From Minisyncoccota bacterium (lineage in GTDB: Bacteria; Patescibacteriota; Minisyncoccia; Phycocordibacterales; UBA9973), in the NCBI GenBank assembly GCA_025453495.1, contig JALOQM010000002.1, positions 12,680-76,679 on the forward strand: a DNA stretch of 64,000 bases. The letters are read 5' to 3'. Position 1 is the stretch's first letter, and the number at the start of each line of letters is the position of its first letter. The translations under genes and the position numbers were made by a program. The notes beneath the pieces were generated by a model. The model did not search any database. It had not been told where the DNA came from and saw nothing but the letters and a program-made list of their open reading frames with translations. Positions 9,540 through 19,680 of this stretch are shown in pieces.

Positions 9540-11024
9540 TCAAGCTCGCTTTTTTCCTGGTTTCTGTTTTTTTACGAACACGTTATCTGGTGCATGTTTG
9601 AGGAGATATGATCTGATATGCCGACGAGCCATACTTGTCTTTGCATATTCAATCCACTTTGGGACTGGTTTCGCTGACTCTTTGGTGATGATCTCGACAA
9701 TTGCACCATTACGTAAACGACTATCAAGAGACACCATTTTGCCATTCATTTTTGCCCCAAATACATGATCTCCGATATCAGAGTGTATTGCATAGGCAAA
9801 ATCAATCGGTGTGGCATCTTCAGGAAGATCAACAACGTCACCTTTTGGTGTCAGTATAAATATTCGGTCTTTGAAGAAATCCATCGCCAAGTGCTCGAGG
9901 AATTCTTCGGGTTCAGCAATTGATTTTTGTATGTCAGCAAGTTGGGCGAGCCATGCGAATTTCTTTGGTAATTTGTCACCTGGTTGTCGTTCTATATCTT
10001 CCTTGTATGAAAAGTGTGCAGCGATGCCGTATTCGGCTTCATCGTCCATATCTCGTGTGCGGATTTGTATTTCTGCGATCGTACCGTTTGTCGAAACAAC
10101 TGTCGTGTGCAGACTCTGATAGCCATTTGGTTTTGGTAGTGCGATGTAATCTTTGATGCGTCGTGGAACCGGCTTCCAGGTGCTATGTACAAGACCAAGT
10201 ACACGATAACATGCTTCCACGTCTTCTACGATGACACGAAGCGCGACAATATCGAGCACTTTGTCAACATTCATATCGTATTTTTTGAGCTTTCGATAGA
10301 GACTAAACGTATGCTTCACTCGGTACTGCAGTGTAAAGGTCATTCCAAGTTCATTGAGTGCTAATTCAAGAATCTCTTTTATTTCCTCAAGTTGTTTTTG
10401 TGCTTCTGGTGTATGCTCAGCAATTATTTTTTTGGTAAACGCGTATTCTTCTGGATAGGCAAAAGGGAAGGCGTAGTCTTCAAGTTCGCCTTTGAGTTTG
10501 CCCATACCGAGTCGCCCCGCAAGCGGAGCATATATCTGAATTGTTTCAAGCGCGATACGTCTTTGTTTGTCTTGGTGTACATGAGAAAGCGTCGATATGT
10601 TGTGGAGGCGGTCAGCAAGCTTGATCATGAGTACACGTACGTCCTCAGCTACTGCAACAAAGAATTTACGCAATGATTCTACATGGCGATCACGACCACG
10701 GTATTTGAGTGCACCGAGTTTGGTAACTCCTTCAACAAGAAAAAGGATTTCTTTGCCGAATTCTCGTTCGATTTCATCTCGTGTAGTTTCGGTGTCTTCC
10801 AGTGTGTCATGGATAAGTCCAGCAGCTATAGTGCGAGCATCCATACCAAGCGCGGCGAGATTCTTGCCGACGGCGAAGGCGTGTGTGAAGTATGGTGCAC
10901 CGCTTGCTCGAAACTGCCCCTCGTGTTTAGCCTTTGCGAAGTCGTGTGCTTTTTGGATAAGCGCGCACTCATCGTTTTCGGGGTTGCTTCGCATGAGTGC
11001 ATATATCTCGTCGATGGCGGTCAT
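9540..11024 (-). CDS. relA: RelA/SpoT (p)ppGpp synthetase/hydrolase with TGS domain, lacking the C-terminal ACT region
   Basis: HD motif LIHDTLED, IKLADRLHN, KDYIALPKPNGYQSLHT, EIQIRT, TGS DFAYAIHSDIG. Confidence 0.93.
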   Translation of the reverse strand: MTAIDEIYALMRSNPENDECALIQKAHDFAKAKHEGQFRASGAPYFTHAFAVGKNLAALGMDARTIAAGLIHDTLEDTETTRDEIEREFGKEILFLVEGVTKLGALKYRGRDRHVESLRKFFVAVAEDVRVLMIKLADRLHNISTLSHVHQDKQRRIALETIQIYAPLAGRLGMGKLKGELEDYAFPFAYPEEYAFTKKIIAEHTPEAQKQLEEIKEILELALNELGMTFTLQYRVKHTFSLYRKLKKYDMNVDKVLDIVALRVIVEDVEACYRVLGLVHSTWKPVPRRIKDYIALPKPNGYQSLHTTVVSTNGTIAEIQIRTRDMDDEAEYGIAAHFSYKEDIERQPGDKLPKKFAWLAQLADIQKSIAEPEEFLEHLAMDFFKDRIFILTPKGDVVDLPEDATPIDFAYAIHSDIGDHVFGAKMNGKMVSLDSRLRNGAIVEIITKESAKPVPKWIEYAKTSMARRHIRSYLLKHAPDNVFVKKQKPGKKRA

Positions 11025-11046
11025 GTGTGTATCGTACGGGACTGGG

Positions 11047-11132
11047 AACAAAAGTCAAAGTTAATTTGACTTTTGTTATTCCACGTGTTACTTTTATAGA
11101 GAACTAGTTGCAATCTATCTACATAGATTGCA
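11047..11132. promoter_or_regulatory. Back-to-back divergent promoters in a 13-bp inverted repeat, plus a second 10-bp inverted repeat
   Basis: AACAAAAGTCAAA-N5-TTTGACTTTTGTT (11047-11077) gives TTGACT on both strands; TGCAATCTAT-N4-ATAGATTGCA (11109-11132). Confidence 0.6.
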
Positions 11133-11164
11133 TTAAAATAAAATAAACCAAAAAACTGCTAAAC

Positions 11165-12139
11165 ATGAAACGCTTGACCATTTTCTCCACCCTCGTGGCG
11201 CTACTTTGTATCGCTAGTACTCTATTCCACACTGAGTCTGCTTATGCAAGACGTGGTGACAAGAATTTTCTCGATTCCACCTCTGCTACTATACCTATGG
11301 CGGATTCACTATTTGGTGATGCATTCCTTGGACCAGAGGCAATTAGTGTGGCCTATGGTGTATCTATCGATAGCATCACAGTACCGCCAATCCCGTATAC
11401 TATTGGTGAATTGAAATTTTTCCGACGACTCGGATATATACTCGTTTTCCAGATTGATTCTATAGATGGAAAACCACTGACGATGCAAAGGCAAATAGAA
11501 ACATACCAGAAATGTTCTGCTTATACTGAAAAGCTTAGTTTTACGATTGATTCCCAGAAAGAAAATTTCTTTGTTTCTGAGGTGCCGCAGGCAGGATGGC
11601 GACTGGTGTCTGGTACTGTTATTCCTGGCTCAACTGGTCAAGACTATATGCTGCAGACTGCATTGCTGCAAACATATCCGGAGGATTACCGAATTCCCGG
11701 ATATACTGCGAATAACACGACAGTGTTTGCTGATGCTATGCAGAAAGCAGACTCCTGTTTAAAGCGGAACAAAAAAATTCGCAAATCAACTGGTAATCAG
11801 TATGATACAACTGGCTTGCAACAAGCAGCAAAACTACTTGCGACAATGCAGACGAATATCTCATATCGTGAGACAGCTGTAGAAGTATGTTATCGCATAA
11901 TTCTTTTTCATGCGATGCACCAAGAGTCACTTTTCCTTGATGAATACGTCTGGACAAATTCATTATCTTCAGATAATAAATTTGTCGGCGTTGGTAGCTT
12001 CTTTGTTGCTACCTCACAAAAGTATCGAAATAACGGGAAAACTGAGGTTGAGGTGTTAGTCAAAAAAGACTATCCAAATACCTGCGGTCCGGTTCGGGGT
12101 ACTACATTTGTATATCCCCCTGTGCGTACCATGAAGTAG
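11165..12139 (+). CDS. Secreted hypothetical protein, possible C-type-lectin (FGE/SUMF1-like) fold
   Basis: Signal peptide ending AYA; FLGPE...PPIPY...GWRLVS...YVWT...VGVGSF pattern recalls CPR CLec-like surface proteins (inferred). Confidence 0.6.
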   Translation: MKRLTIFSTLVALLCIASTLFHTESAYARRGDKNFLDSTSATIPMADSLFGDAFLGPEAISVAYGVSIDSITVPPIPYTIGELKFFRRLGYILVFQIDSIDGKPLTMQRQIETYQKCSAYTEKLSFTIDSQKENFFVSEVPQAGWRLVSGTVIPGSTGQDYMLQTALLQTYPEDYRIPGYTANNTTVFADAMQKADSCLKRNKKIRKSTGNQYDTTGLQQAAKLLATMQTNISYRETAVEVCYRIILFHAMHQESLFLDEYVWTNSLSSDNKFVGVGSFFVATSQKYRNNGKTEVEVLVKKDYPNTCGPVRGTTFVYPPVRTMK

Positions 12140-12151
12140 ATATTTTGAATA

Positions 12152-12187
12152 CAAAATGCGTTTCATTTTTATGAGACGCATTTTTTG
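12152..12187. terminator. Bidirectional terminator
   Basis: AAAATGCGTTTCAT...ATGAGACGCATTTT between convergent genes. Confidence 0.65.
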
Positions 12188-12214
12188 CTTCTTACTTTGT
12201 ACTGCGTACTTCTC

Positions 12215-14422
12215 TTACTCACCCTTGTGTTTGTGTGGATTATGGTTCTTGCAGTTCTTGTTTGAACATCTTTCAGGAATTGTCTTGGTGCCCTCCATCA
12301 TGAGTGAGTTACACAGATCACAGATGCGGCCGGTTGGCTTTGCTTTGATTGCGTGTTTGCAATCAGGATAGTTTGTACATGAGTAGAAAATACCAAATCG
12401 TCCACGACGCTCCATCATCTCTCCACTGCTACACATTGGACAAGTGACTCCAGTCATTTTTTTCTTTTTTTCTTCTTCATCTTCCTTGATGAATTTACAC
12501 TTTGGATAACGGTTACAAGAGATAAATTTACCGAAACGTCCTTCACGTTCGATTAGTTTGCCACCACCATTTTTGCCTTCTTTGTCTCCACAGAGTGGAC
12601 AGAGTTCTCCAGTTTCTTTTGGACCTTCCATTTCCTTGCCTTCCATTGTTCGTGCGCCGTCGCAATCAGGGAAACGTGAGCAAGAGAGGAATTTGCCATT
12701 TTTACCGAGCTTGACGATCATTTTTGCTTCGCACTTTGGGCATGGGAACTCATCTGGTGCGTCACCGAGATTGGTGATTTTTTCTATTTTGTCTTTTGCT
12801 TTTACTTCTTTCAAAAACGGGCCATAGAATTCTTTGAGTGTTTTTTCATATGTGCGTTTTCCTTCAGCGATTTCGTCGAGTTCATCCTCCATTTCTGCAG
12901 TGAATGCATCACTGATATACTTTGTGAAATTTTGCTCGATAAAAGTGCTCACTACTTCGCCAGTGTCGGTCGGGAAGAGTGTGCGATTTTGTTTTGTCAC
13001 ATAGCCGCGCTCTTCGATGGTACGAATGATCGATGCATAGGTTGATGGGCGGCCAATACCACGCTTCTCGAGTTCTTTGACGAGTCCTGCCTCTGAGTAG
13101 CGGTCGGGAGGTGTTGTTTGCTTTTCTTCAGTTATGAGTTCTTTGAGACGGAGTGCTTCATTTTCGTGCGTTTCAGGTAATTCGACATCATCACCACGTG
13201 ATGCAGTATCAACTTTGAGCCAGCCAGGGAAGAGGAGTCTTGATCCGATTGCACTAAACACAGGGAAGTTTTTTTCATTTTCTACCGTGGCAGACACTTT
13301 TGTCTTTAGCATTTTTGCGTCACTCATCTGACTGGCGACAGTACGCTCCCAGATGAGTCGGTAGAGCCTCTTTTGTTCGTCTGTTGTCCCCGCGGAATGA
13401 AGTTCGATATGTGTCGGTCGGACCGCTTCGTGCGCTTCTTGGGCATTTTTGCTTTTTGTTTTGAAGACTCGTGCCTCAAGATAGTCTTTGCCGTATTCGG
13501 ATTCGACAAGTGAGCAGATCTGCGCCTGAGCTTGCTTGGAAAGAGTTGTCGAATCAGTACGCATATAGGTGATCATGCCAGCCTCGTAGAGTTTTTGTGC
13601 GATACTCATAGTGCGTGACGGTGAGAAGCCAAGGCGTGAGCTTGCCGTCTGCTGGAGTGTGGAAGTAGTGAAGGGTGCTTTTGGTGAGCGCTTCATTTCT
13701 GATTCTTTTATTGTATCAATCTTCCAGTTGCCAGTATTTGCGGTATGAGCGACGTAGTCCGCACGTGCTTTGTCGCGCGGCTCTTCTTCACAGAAAAGGG
13801 TAATGTCTTCATCGCGACGTGTTTTGAAAAGCCCTGAAAGGACATAGTAAGTCTCAGGGATAAATGCACGGATTTCACGTTCGCGCTCCATGAGGATACG
13901 AAGCGCTGGTGATTGCACTCGCCCAGCCGAGAGCCCATAGCGGACTTTTTTCCAGATAAGACCTGAGAGGTCGTAGCCAAAAAGACGATCAAGCACACGC
14001 CGCGCTTCTTGAGCTTTGACAAGTTTTTCATCAATATCACGCGGATGTATGAGTGCTTCTGCGACAGCATCCTTCGTAATTTCATGGAACACAGCACGTT
14101 TCACTGGACGTGCTTTTGTGTTTTTGAGTCCAAGTGCTTCGGTCAAATGCCATGAAATCGCTTCACCTTCACGATCAGGGTCGGTCGCAAGGACAACTTC
14201 ATCTGCCTTCTTTGCAAGTGCAGCAAGCTCGTCGACGACTTTTTCTTTGCCTTTTGATATCTCGTAGTGGGGGACGAAGCCTGCAGGAATGTCGATCGCC
14301 TTTTTCTGGCTCTTTGGTAGATCACGAATATGCCCGACCGATGCGCGGACAGTGTATTTGCCATCGAGGTATTTCTCGATAGTTTTCGCTTTTGCGGGGG
14401 ATTCGACGATTAAAAGTTTCAT
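12215..14422 (-). CDS. topA: DNA topoisomerase I with C-terminal Zn ribbons
   Basis: LLIVESPAKAKTI, DPDREGE, SAGRVQS, ITYMRTDS, AHEAVRPT, GIGRPSTY, repeated CPxC...CxxYPxC. Confidence 0.98.
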   Translation of the reverse strand: MKLLIVESPAKAKTIEKYLDGKYTVRASVGHIRDLPKSQKKAIDIPAGFVPHYEISKGKEKVVDELAALAKKADEVVLATDPDREGEAISWHLTEALGLKNTKARPVKRAVFHEITKDAVAEALIHPRDIDEKLVKAQEARRVLDRLFGYDLSGLIWKKVRYGLSAGRVQSPALRILMEREREIRAFIPETYYVLSGLFKTRRDEDITLFCEEEPRDKARADYVAHTANTGNWKIDTIKESEMKRSPKAPFTTSTLQQTASSRLGFSPSRTMSIAQKLYEAGMITYMRTDSTTLSKQAQAQICSLVESEYGKDYLEARVFKTKSKNAQEAHEAVRPTHIELHSAGTTDEQKRLYRLIWERTVASQMSDAKMLKTKVSATVENEKNFPVFSAIGSRLLFPGWLKVDTASRGDDVELPETHENEALRLKELITEEKQTTPPDRYSEAGLVKELEKRGIGRPSTYASIIRTIEERGYVTKQNRTLFPTDTGEVVSTFIEQNFTKYISDAFTAEMEDELDEIAEGKRTYEKTLKEFYGPFLKEVKAKDKIEKITNLGDAPDEFPCPKCEAKMIVKLGKNGKFLSCSRFPDCDGARTMEGKEMEGPKETGELCPLCGDKEGKNGGGKLIEREGRFGKFISCNRYPKCKFIKEDEEEKKKKMTGVTCPMCSSGEMMERRGRFGIFYSCTNYPDCKHAIKAKPTGRICDLCNSLMMEGTKTIPERCSNKNCKNHNPHKHKGE

Positions 14423-14671
14423 TAGTGTTATTGTATAGCGTCTCTAAAGAATGGCACTACATAGGATGTATCTTGGTAACTACTCTAGTTGATGAGCTAT
14501 TGCGCGTAGTTATAATACTAAAATCTAATCAATGCAACTATATATTTGGAATACACTGTACCTAAACGCGATGATAGAATGTTTTTTAGTAAGCAGTAAA
14601 AAAGAAAAAGCTTACGCAAAAGAAGCTTTTATTTTTTATCAAAACTAAAAATGGTACACTTTTCGGTGTTT

Positions 14672-15535
14672 TCAATTCTTCCGTACATACCCTGCTTCTT
14701 CGACGATCACTCCTTTAATCTCCATCATTGAGAGCATGGTCTGTGCTTCAGCTGTTGGTGTTTGCATCTCACGGATAAGATCGTCGCGTGTCTTTGGTTC
14801 ATAGAGTAATTTTAATACTGCAATTTCTTCGGGCGAGCACTCTTGTAATTTCTTGGTGTCAGTCTTTGTCGTGTCGACAGAAAATCCAAGCGCGCGAAGG
14901 ATATCCGCGCTTTCAAGTACCACAGTGGCGCCACCGCGGATGAGTGCGTTTGTGCCACGTGAGTTATCTGAAAATACTGAACCAGGCACAGCAAAGACAT
15001 CGCGATTGTAATCAAGCGCGAGTCTTGCGGTGATGAGCGCACCTGACTTTTCTTTTGCTTCGATTATGAGTACTGCGCGAGATATGCCGGCGATAAGACG
15101 ATTACGTTGTGGAAAGCTCCAGATGGTTGCTTGGAACTCTGGTGCGAATTCGGAGATAAGTGCGCCGCCTTTGGCAACTATACTTTCTGCAAGGGCGAAA
15201 TGTGTCGCAGGAGAGAGTGCTTTTTTAGAAAGCCCAGACCCAGGAAATGCGACTGTCAATAGTCCGACAGCAAGCGCTTTTGTATGCGCAATGCCATCCA
15301 TACCAAGTGCAAGTCCTGAGACAATGCAGATGGGGTAGCCAGCAAGTCCTTCAATGAGTTTCTCGCACACTGCTTTGCCATAGCTTGTCGCGGTACGTGA
15401 ACCGATAACGGCAAGGTAGACAACTCCTTCGGGCGGTAGAGTGCCACACATATAGAGCATCTTCGGCGGTTTCGGTATTTCCCGTAATGCTTCGGGAAAC
15501 TCCTCTGGTGAGAGTTTTTTTATAGTAGTATCCAT
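14672..15535 (-). CDS. dprA: DNA-processing protein DprA
   Basis: AVIGSR, VSGLALGMDGIAH, FPQRNRLIAG, EAKEKSGALITA, VFAVPG; adjacent to topA as is usual. Confidence 0.96.
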   Translation of the reverse strand: MDTTIKKLSPEEFPEALREIPKPPKMLYMCGTLPPEGVVYLAVIGSRTATSYGKAVCEKLIEGLAGYPICIVSGLALGMDGIAHTKALAVGLLTVAFPGSGLSKKALSPATHFALAESIVAKGGALISEFAPEFQATIWSFPQRNRLIAGISRAVLIIEAKEKSGALITARLALDYNRDVFAVPGSVFSDNSRGTNALIRGGATVVLESADILRALGFSVDTTKTDTKKLQECSPEEIAVLKLLYEPKTRDDLIREMQTPTAEAQTMLSMMEIKGVIVEEAGYVRKN

Positions 15536-15599
15536 ACAAAAAGCTTTCTCGTAGCGTCGCAATACTATATACTAGAGACATTAAACTTTTTATAAAATC

Positions 15600-16868
15600 A
15601 TGCTAGATATAAAATTTATCCGAGAAAATCGCGAACTAGTAAAGGAAGGAGCGAGAAAAAAGCACCTTACGTTTGATGTCGATGCGCTCATAGACATTGA
15701 TACCAAGCGTCTCGAACTCCTCTCTCTTGTCGAATCCTTGCGTGCTGAGCAAAATGTCATTTCTGACAAAGTCGTGACAGCGACACCAGAAGATCGCGCA
15801 AAAATGATCGAAGATATGAAGGGTTTCAAAGAACATTTGAAAGAAAAAGAAGATGAGCTTAGAGATCTCATGAAGCTTTGGCAAGATCTTATGATCCGTG
15901 TACCAAACATTCCTGATATGACCGTTCCTGAAGGAGTATCTGATGCAGAAAATAAAGAAGTAAAAGTTTGGGGTGAAAAGCCGACATTTACATTTGCGCC
16001 AAAAGATCATATTTCCCTTATGGAGTCGCTTGATATGGCTGACTTCGAGCGTGGCACGAAGGTATCAGGTTTTCGTGGCTACTTCCTCAAAAATGACGGC
16101 GCGCGACTTTCTATGGCAATCTGGCAGTATGCACTTGAGTTCTTTACTGCGCGTGGTCTTGCACCAATGATTGTGCCGTCACTGGTAACTCGCGAAACAC
16201 TGTTTGGTACTGGGTATCTTCCAGAAGGCGAAGATGACCTCTACAAGACACAAGATGGCGAATATTTTGCTGGGACTGGTGAAGTTGCAACTATGGCGTA
16301 CTACTCAGGTGAAGTGATTGATGGATTACCAAAAAAGATCCTTGCATTTTCTCCGTGTTTCCGTCGTGAAGCTGGTAGTCACTCAAAAGATGTAAAAGGA
16401 CTTATTCGTGTGCATGAATTTTTCAAACTTGAACAAGTAGTGTTGTGCGAGGCTAATCACGAGCAATCAGTGCAGTTGCATGAAGAGATAAACGGCAACA
16501 CTGAAGCATTTATCGAATCGCTCGGTATTCCTTATCACACTGTGGTGAACTGCGGTGGTGATCTTGGTCTTGGACAAGTAAAGAAATATGATATTGAACT
16601 TTGGGTACCAAAAGAAAATACCTACAGAGAAATTTCATCTGCTTCGTACTTTCATGATTTTCAAACGCGTCGCCTCAATATTCGTTACAAAGATAGAGAC
16701 GGGAAGCTTCGCTACGCCCATTCGCTTAACTGCACTGCAATTCCAACACCACGTATCCTTGTTTCATTGGTAGAAAATTTCCAGCAGGCTGACGGTACAA
16801 TCCGTGTCCCTGAAGTGCTCAAGAAATACATTGGCAAAGATGTATTGGGTGTAGCGACTGCTCAGTAG
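15600..16868 (+). CDS. serS: Serine--tRNA ligase
   Basis: MLDIKFIREN, GTGEV, CFRREAGS, GLIRVHEF, YREISSAS, HSLNCT. Confidence 0.98.
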   Translation: MLDIKFIRENRELVKEGARKKHLTFDVDALIDIDTKRLELLSLVESLRAEQNVISDKVVTATPEDRAKMIEDMKGFKEHLKEKEDELRDLMKLWQDLMIRVPNIPDMTVPEGVSDAENKEVKVWGEKPTFTFAPKDHISLMESLDMADFERGTKVSGFRGYFLKNDGARLSMAIWQYALEFFTARGLAPMIVPSLVTRETLFGTGYLPEGEDDLYKTQDGEYFAGTGEVATMAYYSGEVIDGLPKKILAFSPCFRREAGSHSKDVKGLIRVHEFFKLEQVVLCEANHEQSVQLHEEINGNTEAFIESLGIPYHTVVNCGGDLGLGQVKKYDIELWVPKENTYREISSASYFHDFQTRRLNIRYKDRDGKLRYAHSLNCTAIPTPRILVSLVENFQQADGTIRVPEVLKKYIGKDVLGVATAQ

Positions 16869-16940
16869 TAGAGCTCTCGTGTGTGTTTTACTTTATGAGT
16901 TATTTTCTAGCCGATTGCTAGAAGTTAAAAGCGATAAGTA

Positions 16941-17804
16941 ATGCAAAAGCGTGACGTTTTGAATTCAGCGAAAGTGCGAGAAAAAAAAAGAAAAGCGCGC
17001 AAGCGCCGGTTGGTTTTCTCTGTATCACTTCTTTTTGTGCTCTGTGCCATCCTTGTACTTGTCTCACGTCTTAACTACTTTGCTATCAAGGGAATCGTTT
17101 TGGAAGAGCATATAGTAACTGACACTGCACTGATCCGAAATACTGTACACACACATCTAGACGGGAACTACTTTTTATTTATCCCAAAAGATAATTTTCT
17201 TCTCTATCCTGAAAAAGCTATTGTCCACGATCTCTATGCTACATTTCCACGGATCAAGAACGTGCGTGTCTCACGTGCTTATGCTGATCACATTGCGATT
17301 GAAGTAGAAGAGTATACGCCTACCTATTTGTGGTGTGGCGAGAATCTCCCAGAGCAGGGACAAGCGGAGGAATGTTATTTCCTTGATGCTAAGGGATATA
17401 TATTTTCACAAGCGCCATATTTTTCTGGTGATGTATATTTCAAGTTTTACGGCGGGGGAATAACTAATGCGTCTGCTGTTGGTGCATACTTTCTTGATAG
17501 TTCACGCATTGAGGCACTTTTTGATCTGAGTCAGTCATTTCGAGATCTCGGGTTTGAGCCGTATGGACTTTTTGTCGATGCAAAAGGCGAAGATACACTT
17601 CTTGCCGCAGCAGCTGGCAGAGCACCGCACGACTACCCACGTATTTTGTTTCAAAGCAAAACGCCGCCTGATGCCATATTGGCAAATCTCAAGCTCGCAC
17701 TTACTACTGAGCCACTTGCATCAAAGATTGAATTTTCCGCTCATACACTAAAATATATAGATCTTCGGTATGAGAATAGGGTGTATTATAAATTTGATGA
17801 ATAG
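16941..17804 (+). CDS. FtsQ/DivIB-like POTRA cell-division protein
   Basis: Basic N-terminus, single TM helix, POTRA-like FPRIKNVRVSR...IEVEEY, C-terminal YIDLRYENRVY. Confidence 0.75.
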   Translation: MQKRDVLNSAKVREKKRKARKRRLVFSVSLLFVLCAILVLVSRLNYFAIKGIVLEEHIVTDTALIRNTVHTHLDGNYFLFIPKDNFLLYPEKAIVHDLYATFPRIKNVRVSRAYADHIAIEVEEYTPTYLWCGENLPEQGQAEECYFLDAKGYIFSQAPYFSGDVYFKFYGGGITNASAVGAYFLDSSRIEALFDLSQSFRDLGFEPYGLFVDAKGEDTLLAAAAGRAPHDYPRILFQSKTPPDAILANLKLALTTEPLASKIEFSAHTLKYIDLRYENRVYYKFDE

Positions 17805-17805
17805 T

Positions 17806-18417
17806 ATGAAAAAAATCGGAGAAGGATTGTATTACGATGTGTATGAATTGTCATCGACACGTGTTTTGAAAGTCGAGAAGCCATATTGGCGCAAACAACT
17901 TACCTATCTGAAATGGGGAATGTTGAGGTATTTTTTTAGAAATCTTATTCATCCAGGTATTTTTAAGTCATCACTTGAAGACTCAAAACGCCTTCCTGTA
18001 ATTGGCGGTGAATTATTTGGTAATACTATTTTTCACGATCATTTTACTTGCGAGCAAGACAAAGTACAGACGATTGAAGCGTATTTTCGCACACACTCTG
18101 ATGAAGAGAAAAAAGTGATTATCGAAAAATATATACAACTCACCTATATGCTTTGGGAGCGAGGATTTTCTGATGTTGTATTTAATTATTTGCGTAACAA
18201 TGGCGTTACTGAGGATGGACGCGTTATTTTGTGTGATTTTAATGAAGTAACATTTAGTAAAGAAGAAACAATACGCGCTGTCCAAAGAAAGCCATGGTTG
18301 AAACCTTGGATGCTTCGGTTGCTTTTTGGTTCTTTTGAGCGTCATGTGAAAAAACGATTGCACGCTGCTTTTACCATTGCGCATATTGAGAAATACTGGA
18401 ATACACATGGAAACTAA
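17806..18417 (+). CDS. Hypothetical protein with minimal protein-kinase-like fold
   Basis: KKIGEGLYYDVY Gly-rich loop, RVLK, DVVFNYLRNNG, VILCDF. Confidence 0.6.
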   Translation: MKKIGEGLYYDVYELSSTRVLKVEKPYWRKQLTYLKWGMLRYFFRNLIHPGIFKSSLEDSKRLPVIGGELFGNTIFHDHFTCEQDKVQTIEAYFRTHSDEEKKVIIEKYIQLTYMLWERGFSDVVFNYLRNNGVTEDGRVILCDFNEVTFSKEETIRAVQRKPWLKPWMLRLLFGSFERHVKKRLHAAFTIAHIEKYWNTHGN

Positions 18418-19420
18418 TTTCTGGAAACAATTAAAAAAACCCTTTTTTGTCCTTGCACCAATGGCAGATGTGACTGATGCGGCATTTCGAAGAATTATTG
18501 CTACATATTCGCGTCATGGTGAGCCAGGTGGTGGTCCAGCTGTTTTCTGGACGGAATTTGTCTCAGCTGATGGACTTTCACACCCAGACGGAAGAGAAAA
18601 GCTCATGCGTGATCTTATGTATACCGAAGCTGAACATCCAATTGTCGCGCAGCTCTTTGGGTCAAATCCTGACAATATGCGTCAAGCTGCGGCCCTTTGT
18701 CGTGAGCTTGGCTTTGATGGCATCGATATCAATATGGGCTGTCCTGATAAGACAATTGAGAAGCAAGGCGCAGGTGCTGCATGTATAAAAAATCCAAATC
18801 GTGCCAAGGAGATTATTCGTGCAGCAAAAGAAGGCGCAGGCGATCTGCCTGTTTCGGTAAAGACACGTATCGGCTACAACAAGAATGAGCTGGAAACTTG
18901 GCTCCCAGCACTCCTTGAAGAAGATCTTGCAGCAGTGACGATACATGCTCGTACACGTAAAGAAATGTCACTAGTGCCAGCACGATGGGAACACATTAAG
19001 CGTGCGGTTGAGATCCGTGATGCGATGAGGAAGGATACCCTTATTCTTGGCAACGGTGACGCACAGAGCATTACTGATGCCAGAGACAAAGTAGCAGCGA
19101 CTGGATGTGATGGGGTGATGCTTGGACGGGCGATCTTTGGCAATCCGTGGCTATTTGTTTCTCCTGAAGAGAGTCAAACTGCTATACATAACAAAGAGAT
19201 TACAATCCGAGAAAAACTTCGTGTTATGGTGGAGCATACGAAACTATTTGAAGAACTATTGGGAGATGCAAAAAGCTTTGCAGTTATGAAAAAGCATTAC
19301 AAGGCCTATGTAAATGGATTTGATGGAGCAAAGGAACTTCGCATGGAACTTATGGAAGCAAAAGATGCTCAAGAAGTAGAGGAGATTGTGAGAGTATTCT
19401 TGGCACGCGATACTATTTGA
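18407..19420 (+). CDS. tRNA-dihydrouridine synthase (DusB/C family)
   Basis: LAPMADVTD, AQLFG, DINMGCP, SVKTRIG, IHART, GNGD, GVMLGRA. Confidence 0.94.
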   Translation: METNFWKQLKKPFFVLAPMADVTDAAFRRIIATYSRHGEPGGGPAVFWTEFVSADGLSHPDGREKLMRDLMYTEAEHPIVAQLFGSNPDNMRQAAALCRELGFDGIDINMGCPDKTIEKQGAGAACIKNPNRAKEIIRAAKEGAGDLPVSVKTRIGYNKNELETWLPALLEEDLAAVTIHARTRKEMSLVPARWEHIKRAVEIRDAMRKDTLILGNGDAQSITDARDKVAATGCDGVMLGRAIFGNPWLFVSPEESQTAIHNKEITIREKLRVMVEHTKLFEELLGDAKSFAVMKKHYKAYVNGFDGAKELRMELMEAKDAQEVEEIVRVFLARDTI

Positions 19421-19488
19421 TAAAGAAGCAATCTTCGTGTATAGTGTCTCCCATAGTCGCGTTTTGTTAGATTAATTTCACTACACAT

Positions 19489-19590
19489 ATGGACGAACAA
19501 GATACACAGAAGGAAGAGGTAATGTCTGAAGAGGTAATGTCTGAGGAGGTAATACCTGAAGAAGGAACTGATTCTGAAGAGATGGCGTAA
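19489..19590 (+). CDS. 33-aa acidic repeat microprotein
   Basis: MDEQDTQKEEVMSEEVMSEEVIPEEGTDSEEMA*; 15-bp tandem repeat GA(A/G)GAGGTAAT(GT/AC)CT x3; upstream TTGATA-17-TATAGT and a downstream hairpin. Confidence 0.55.
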   Translation: MDEQDTQKEEVMSEEVMSEEVIPEEGTDSEEMA

Positions 19591-19614
19591 GCTGTCTGGA
19601 CACAAGAGTAAAAC

Positions 19615-19652
19615 AACACACCCGCGCCATATGGCGCGGGTGTGTTTTTTTT
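19615..19652. terminator. Perfect 32-bp palindrome followed by a T run
   Basis: AACACACCCGCGCCAT|ATGGCGCGGGTGTGTT then TTTTTT. Confidence 0.75.
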
Positions 19653-19680
19653 GTCGAAACTGCTATACTGTCTTGTAACT

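Noticed and set aside
11077-11092. parS site (TATTCCACGTGTTACT)
   Set aside because: Only 12/16 match to the consensus, not palindromic, and better explained as promoter spacer and -10.
11165-12139. Diversity-generating retroelement
   Set aside because: No reverse transcriptase and no template/variable repeat pair in this window.
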